Shown here piece by piece: positions 59,106 to 64,000 of a stretch of 64,000 nucleotides of DNA. Location of the stretch: positions 384,001 through 448,000 of the forward strand of contig CAVUKB010000007.1 in the NCBI GenBank assembly GCA_963741955.1. Direction: 5' to 3'. Every line of letters starts with the position of its first letter. Positions within the stretch are counted from its first letter, which is position 1. Both the position numbers and the translations under genes were made by a program. Under the pieces are notes generated by a model. The model saw only the letters and a list, made by a program, of their open reading frames with translations, was not told the DNA's origin and ran no database searches. This DNA is from an uncultured Acidobacteriota bacterium (GTDB lineage: Bacteria; Acidobacteriota; Thermoanaerobaculia; Gp7-AA8).

Positions 59106-59678
59106 GTGGCCACGATAGAAAGCCGAAAAGGGTCGAAGACGCGAATACGCGAGTTTCTCCTCGCGAACCTGGGTAGGGTCGTCACGTCGGATGAAATTCG
59201 TGAGGCTTCAGGCAATGCTTCAGAGTGGGCCCGGCGTCTGCGTGAACTGCGCAACGAGGAGGGCTATCAGATCCTCTCCCACCGTGATCGCGACTTCCTC
59301 AAGCCGGGCGAATATCTGCTCGAGACGAACAAGCGGCTTCCGGCATTCGAGAGATCGATTTCAAAAGAAACCAGAGCCTTCGTGCTCGAGAGGAACGGCT
59401 ATACCTGCCAGATGTGTGGTGCCGCAGCCGGTGACGAGGACACTCTTTACCCGACCAGGACTGTCCGGCTGACAATCGGACACATCGTTGAAAAGGACAA
59501 AGGTGGCGGTGATCATCCAGGAAACCTTCGTGCCCTCTGCACCAATTGCAACGAAGGTCTTCAGAACATCTCCCCACCAAAGCCCGACCGCCTTCAACTA
59601 CTCACCTATGTGAGAAAGGCCACTCGTGATGATCAGCGAGCTGTGCTCGAGTGGCTGAAGACCAAGTTCGCCGATTAG
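59106..59678 (+). CDS. wHTH-HNH endonuclease, probable cognate restriction enzyme
   Basis: WARRLRELR helix; CQMC, IGHI...GG...NLRALCTNCN; starts 3 bp after MTase stop. Confidence 0.85.
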   Translation: MATIESRKGSKTRIREFLLANLGRVVTSDEIREASGNASEWARRLRELRNEEGYQILSHRDRDFLKPGEYLLETNKRLPAFERSISKETRAFVLERNGYTCQMCGAAAGDEDTLYPTRTVRLTIGHIVEKDKGGGDHPGNLRALCTNCNEGLQNISPPKPDRLQLLTYVRKATRDDQRAVLEWLKTKFAD

Positions 59679-59733
59679 GCCGAAGCTGTTGACTCGGAAT
59701 CCCGCACCTGTCGGTCGTCCCGCCGCTTGGTCT

Positions 59734-60704
59734 TTACTTCGTTCGAAGTTCGAGCGCTTCGTGGAAAGCCGGGTTTACCACCAATATCGCACCGCCGGAC
59801 GCGGAAGCCTTGCGTAGAATCGCCTTTAGAATTGGCATTTCATAGTTGCAGTTGTAAATGTACGTAACGCCGGTGTCTCCACGACGAATGCCCAGAACTC
59901 CGAACCAGAGCAGAAGCTCTTTCGCAGCAGCGGCAGCGTCGGCACTGAGCCCGAGCCCAGAGAGAATTTTGGAGAGATACTCCTCGCTGAACTCGGTGGG
60001 TTCTTCCAGGAACGCGAGGAGCAGATCCTCAGCCTCCGGTCGGATGTCTCGGATCTCGAGACCGACATCGCGGACGAGGTCCATAGAATAGGCCCGCAGA
60101 CCTTTGGAGATGTCACTTTCCAAAATAGTGTCGTGGCCGAGATTGACAGCAGATCCCCTGCAATGATTAACGAGATCGATTAGTGCACGAGGTCGCATGA
60201 GGCAGCGATCGATTAAGTATTGAGAGGATTCCTCACCGCTGACGTGGCTCACACAGATTGCCCTCCAGAGTTCCTCGAAGGGCTGGTCCGGCATATCGGA
60301 GAAGACCATTCGTCGGCGAAGCAACTCCCTCAGCAAATCCTCGTCCGACCAATCAGTGTAGCTCGCCCCTCCTTTCCGCGGTCCGGAGTCGTATCGACGA
60401 GCAGCTCAAAGACATCGTTGCGCAGAAACACGACCGTTTGCGCGGCGACCTTTTCGCGATGAAGATGGCGCTCAATCTTCCTGGAGGCCTCGAGAAGGCA
60501 ACGGATTAACAGAAGGTCAGCGCCCTCCACCCCTTGGGTTGGCCACCCCTTATCTAAATTGTCGAACAGAAGCCACAGCCCATTCTTCCAACCCAGGTAG
60601 CGAGTGCATTCCTCTCTCAACCTGGGCACGTCGTGACGGTACAGTAGCTGAGTAATCTCGGGCGCATCGAGTCGGGAGCTTCTTCGCGAGCCGTAGCGCT
60701 CACG
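59734..60704 (-). pseudogene. P-loop ATPase (Sll1717/KAP-like) C-terminal remnant, frameshifted
   Basis: LWLLFDNLDKGW, VVFLRNDVFE, frameshift near 60355 into DWSDEDLLRELLRRR, MRPRALI; no Walker A, 5' end replaced by the duplication. Confidence 0.7.
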
Positions 60705-61095
60705 GGCCAGAAGATCGGGGCCAGGCCTTCGATTCTCGCTTGCAGGTGTAAGCGACTCGATGGCCTGTAGTTAGCGACACGGTGACTTTGACTCTGAACG
60801 GAGAAAGCGGTGTGAGCGCGTCGCTTCTCGGATAATTCGTAAGATGCTCGATCGAATGCGGCGTAGTGGACTGGTGTCGATGAAGATCGGAACGGATTCA
60901 GGCCAGAAGATCGGGGCCAGGCCTTCGATTCTCGCTTGCAGGTGTAAGCGACTCGATGGCCTGTAGTTAGCGACACGGTGACTTTGACTCTGAACGGAGA
61001 AAGCGGTGTGAGCGCGTCGCTTCTCGGATAATTCGTAAGATGCTCGATCGAATGCGGCGTAGTGGACTGGTGTCGATGAAGATCGGAACGGATTC
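60705..61095. repeat. Tandem duplication with 196-bp period
   Basis: 60705-60899 and 60901-61095 read identical (GGCCAGAAGATCGGGG...GAACGGATTC). Confidence 0.95.
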
Positions 61096-61199
61096 GGCCT
61101 CCGTCTCGTGGCGAAACCTGGACCGGGCGTCACTTGGAACGAGGCTCCGCCAGGGCGAATCGTGAAGAGTGGTCAGTTTTCAGGAAATCGCGGTTCGCG

Positions 61200-62252
61200 T
61201 CAGAACGGCGGCGGGCCGGGCGAGTCGCGGATGATGTCCGGCGGCGGGAGCATCGGCCAGATCGGAACGGGGCGCGCAGGAGCGGAATCCGCGTTGCCTG
61301 CGAGGAGCGACGCGAGGCAGCGGTCGGCGAGATCACGGAGAAGCCGGTCGTTCGCGAGCTCGCGCTCGCAGCGGGCGATGAGGTTCGAGACATGGCCGGT
61401 GCTGCCGAGGCGGAGGGTCGCGGCGATCGGACGGAGCTGCTCGGCGCTCTCGTAGCGTCCGAGCCACGCGGTCAGCATCCGTGCCGCTCCGCCGCGGCCG
61501 TGACGGATCTCGCGCTCGTCGATGTCGAACACCGAGGCGACCGTGTCGACGACCTTGCCGAGCTTCGCACGGCCGACGGTGCGCTGCGTCTTCGGATGTT
61601 CATCACTGCGCGGCTTCTGCTTCGACGATCGCCCGCATTGTCTCGATCCACGGCTCGGTGCCGAGGTAGATCTGATTCACGAGCTTGTCCCAGAGGCGGC
61701 TGCGGTCGTGGAGCTTCTCGTAGACGAACGCGCGGTAGTTCTCCTGAGCTTCGTCACGCGTCGCGCCGCGGCGGAGCATCCAGTCGAGACAGAGCCACTC
61801 CGGCGCGGGCTCGAACCCCGCCATCGCGCGGTAACTCGACCAGCGGTACTGCTCGGGAAGCTCGACCATCTTCGCACGAACGGGATTCAGCACGACGTAC
61901 CGCATTACTTCCGCGAGGTACGCTTCCTTCTCGATCAGGAAGCTGCTGAACCGTCCCTGGAGCAGGTGCCCGACGCGTTTGTACTTCCGGTTGAACCACT
62001 GAGCGTACGTGCCGTTGAGCCAGTGCATCCCTTCGGAGAGCGTCTCGCGGGGCGTCTCGATGACGAGGTGGAAATGATTCGTCAGCAGAACCTACGCATG
62101 GACATCCAGTCGAACCGCCGCACTGCCTCGGCGAGAAGGGTGAGGAACTTCAGGCGATCCGCATCGCATCGGAAGATCGTCTTCCGTTCATTCCCGCGCG
62201 AGGTAACGTGGAAAACCGCGCCGGGGAACTCGAGTCGAAGTGGTCGTGCCAT
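61200..62252 (-). pseudogene. REP-associated tyrosine transposase (RAYT, Y1 HUH) pseudogene
   Basis: MARPLRLEFPGAVFHVTSRGNERK, NHFHL, GHLLQGRF, YVVLNPVRA, YRWSSY; frameshifts near 62105 and 61620, in-frame TAG near 62093. Confidence 0.9.
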
Positions 62253-62480
62253 GCGATCGAGAGTACCTCGGATTTGTGCGAGATACCGAGGGTTCTACTC
62301 CTCGTAGAATCCGGACGGCGACTCCCGAGGCCCTGCTCGGAGGTGTAACGCGGTGATCCGGCAGCGGGTATCGTAGAATATCGAGCAGCAAGGGAGGCGA
62401 CGAAGTGAAGCCGTGACAAAGAGTTAGGGGAGAGAACCGACAGGCGAAGCCCTGACCCCAAAGTTCGACCCCAAAGTTCC

Positions 62481-62770
62481 GGGGGAATCGGAATACAAGG
62501 GAGTCGTGGTGAAGGATCGCCCTCGGCCAAGTTCGGTGAGTGGATCTTGAGCGGAGTACCAAACGTATTCGGCGGGTTCCGAAACAGTCGCCTCGACCGA
62601 GAGAGTGGCAGATTCACCGTAATGAACTTCCGTGTCCTTAGGGTCGCTCGTCACGATAGGCCAGAGGCACTGCGGCACCGAACATTCGAGTGAGAGGTAG
62701 TACTCCCCGCCGGCGCCCTCGTCCTGAGTCGTGGCGGTCAGGTCATAGGCTCCGGCCTGGTTGAAAGTTC
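62481..62770 (-). pseudogene. Internal fragment of an Ig-domain surface protein
   Basis: AGAYDLTATT..GGEYYLSLEC..PIVTSDPKDTEVHYGESATLSVEA..YVWY..GRSFTTTPL; no native start, bounded by AAAGTTC repeats. Confidence 0.6.
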
Positions 62771-62916
62771 CTCAAAGTTCCTTTTGTTGCAGGAGGCTCG
62801 GGCGCAGAGCGTCTTCTGTCGGATTACCCCCATTCGCATGCGCCTCCACGGCGCGAGGTTTCCGCGCGTCGGAGTGCTTCGGCGACGGCCGGAAGAAGAC
62901 GAAGCTCGGGCCCCGC

Positions 62917-64000
62917 TCAATCGACCGGCTCGATCGTCACCGGAGAGGTCCAGGGGAACGGGATGGTCGTCGCGAGTGCGGCGAAGGAGGGATCGCGCAG
63001 CGCCGTCCCGCGAACCGACGCCAGAACCCGCAACGGCGCCGGAGGAAGGTTCGCCGCCCGCCACACTCCGTGCGCATCGCTCGCCACCTCACTCCACGTC
63101 GCGATGGCGAGAGGAATCCCGGTCAGCTCGACGCCTTCCAGCCACGCAGCGATCTGCGCCGAGCCGCCGGTCACCAGCGTCAACGGCGGGGCGGGTGGCT
63201 CGAGTGTCCACTGCGCCGTCTCATTCCCCCACCGGCGCACGAGCGTTGCCCCCTCCCGGTGCCTCACCAGGAGCAGCGACCGATCCGCCGCGTCGGGAAT
63301 CTCCACCGACCCAGCTCCGTCCGCCACCCCGCGCCAGAGTGGATTCAGTCCGGAGTCGAACGCCCAGACCTCAGCCCCGGCCGCTCCGCGCCCGCCGGCG
63401 AGCGCGATGTGCAGCGTCGCCGAAGCCGAAGTCTTTCGCAGTCGGATCTCCACCTCCCCAGTGCGGTTCGAATCATCGAGGATCATGTCCACAGTTTCGC
63501 CTGGATCATAGTGTTCGGCACGGACCGCGGCGTGCACCTTCCCGCTTCGCAAGGGAGGAAAAACGACCACGCCCTCCGCGTCGCTCTGCAGACGGAGAAC
63601 CGTCGTCTGCTCTTCGCCCCGATCGTCGATCCATATGTTTCCCACCGTCGCAGCGGCACCGGCAATTCCGCGTCCGGTCGACGCGTCGACCACGCGGATC
63701 TTCCAGTCGGTGCGCGGGATGCGGAAGTCGACGGTCCCGCTCTCCTCGATCCGCCGGAACGGTTCGAGCCAGGGAGGGAGGGAGAGCTCCTTCAGTCGAA
63801 CCCGGACGGTATAGGTCCCGTCGTACCAGAGCGTCGTTTCGTACGATCCGTCTTCCGCGGTCTCCACCCGCACCCACTCCGCGCCATTGCGGAACGAGAT
63901 CTCGGCGGGAACCGGGTCGTCGCCGTAGACGACGTCGCCGTGAATCCGGAGAGGATGGAGATCGAAGACGGCGTCTCCGTCGTCGCCCGAGCCGAGATCG
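62917..64000 (-). CDS. Carboxypeptidase-regulatory-like (transthyretin-fold) repeat protein, C-terminal part
   Basis: Frame open to window edge; IRVVDASTGRGIAGA, SDAEG, GAAGAEV, ADGAG modules. Confidence 0.75.
   Translation of the reverse strand, partial: DLGSGDDGDAVFDLHPLRIHGDVVYGDDPVPAEISFRNGAEWVRVETAEDGSYETTLWYDGTYTVRVRLKELSLPPWLEPFRRIEESGTVDFRIPRTDWKIRVVDASTGRGIAGAAATVGNIWIDDRGEEQTTVLRLQSDAEGVVVFPPLRSGKVHAAVRAEHYDPGETVDMILDDSNRTGEVEIRLRKTSASATLHIALAGGRGAAGAEVWAFDSGLNPLWRGVADGAGSVEIPDAADRSLLLVRHREGATLVRRWGNETAQWTLEPPAPPLTLVTGGSAQIAAWLEGVELTGIPLAIATWSEVASDAHGVWRAANLPPAPLRVLASVRGTALRDPSFAALATTIPFPWTSPVTIEPVD

Overview
GC-rich bacterial chromosome segment. Gene repertoire suggests Acidobacteriota, probably Thermoanaerobaculia-like (inference only). 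It begins with a partial amtB and a Hanks kinase/TolB-propeller fusion. An apparently intact 1,920-bp IS1634-type element (16-bp TIRs, 6-bp TSD CCTAGA) splits an esterase-TPR gene. Housekeeping or ordinary genes follow (DmpA peptidase, recD2, D,D-dipeptidase, GGDEF-EAL, DUF72, PLP decarboxylase, gltX, galU, maf, mlaD, ddl, M1 peptidase), plus an orphan minor-pilin trio. The centre is a 15-kb minus-strand block: MglA-like GTPase, methyltransferase-bshC-bshB1-bshA (bacillithiol), then fur-feoB-Cys-rich protein-DtxR/FeoA-apbE-porin-FMN-binding protein-His-rich 4TM protein, carrying two copies of a TTGAGAC-N3-GTCTCAA palindrome, and a catalytically dead histidine kinase. The right end is a decaying defence/REP region: a PLD-SF2 helicase (SauUSI-like) cut off exactly where a vsr/5mC-methyltransferase/HNH cassette begins, a broken P-loop ATPase, a 196-bp tandem duplication and a RAYT pseudogene. 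Best candidates for new biology are the iron-regulated Feo + flavinylation + porin operon and the apparent disarming of a 5mC-dependent nuclease by an incoming 5mC R-M cassette. No rRNA, tRNA or CRISPR array was seen. All family calls come from motif recognition by eye; no searches were run.
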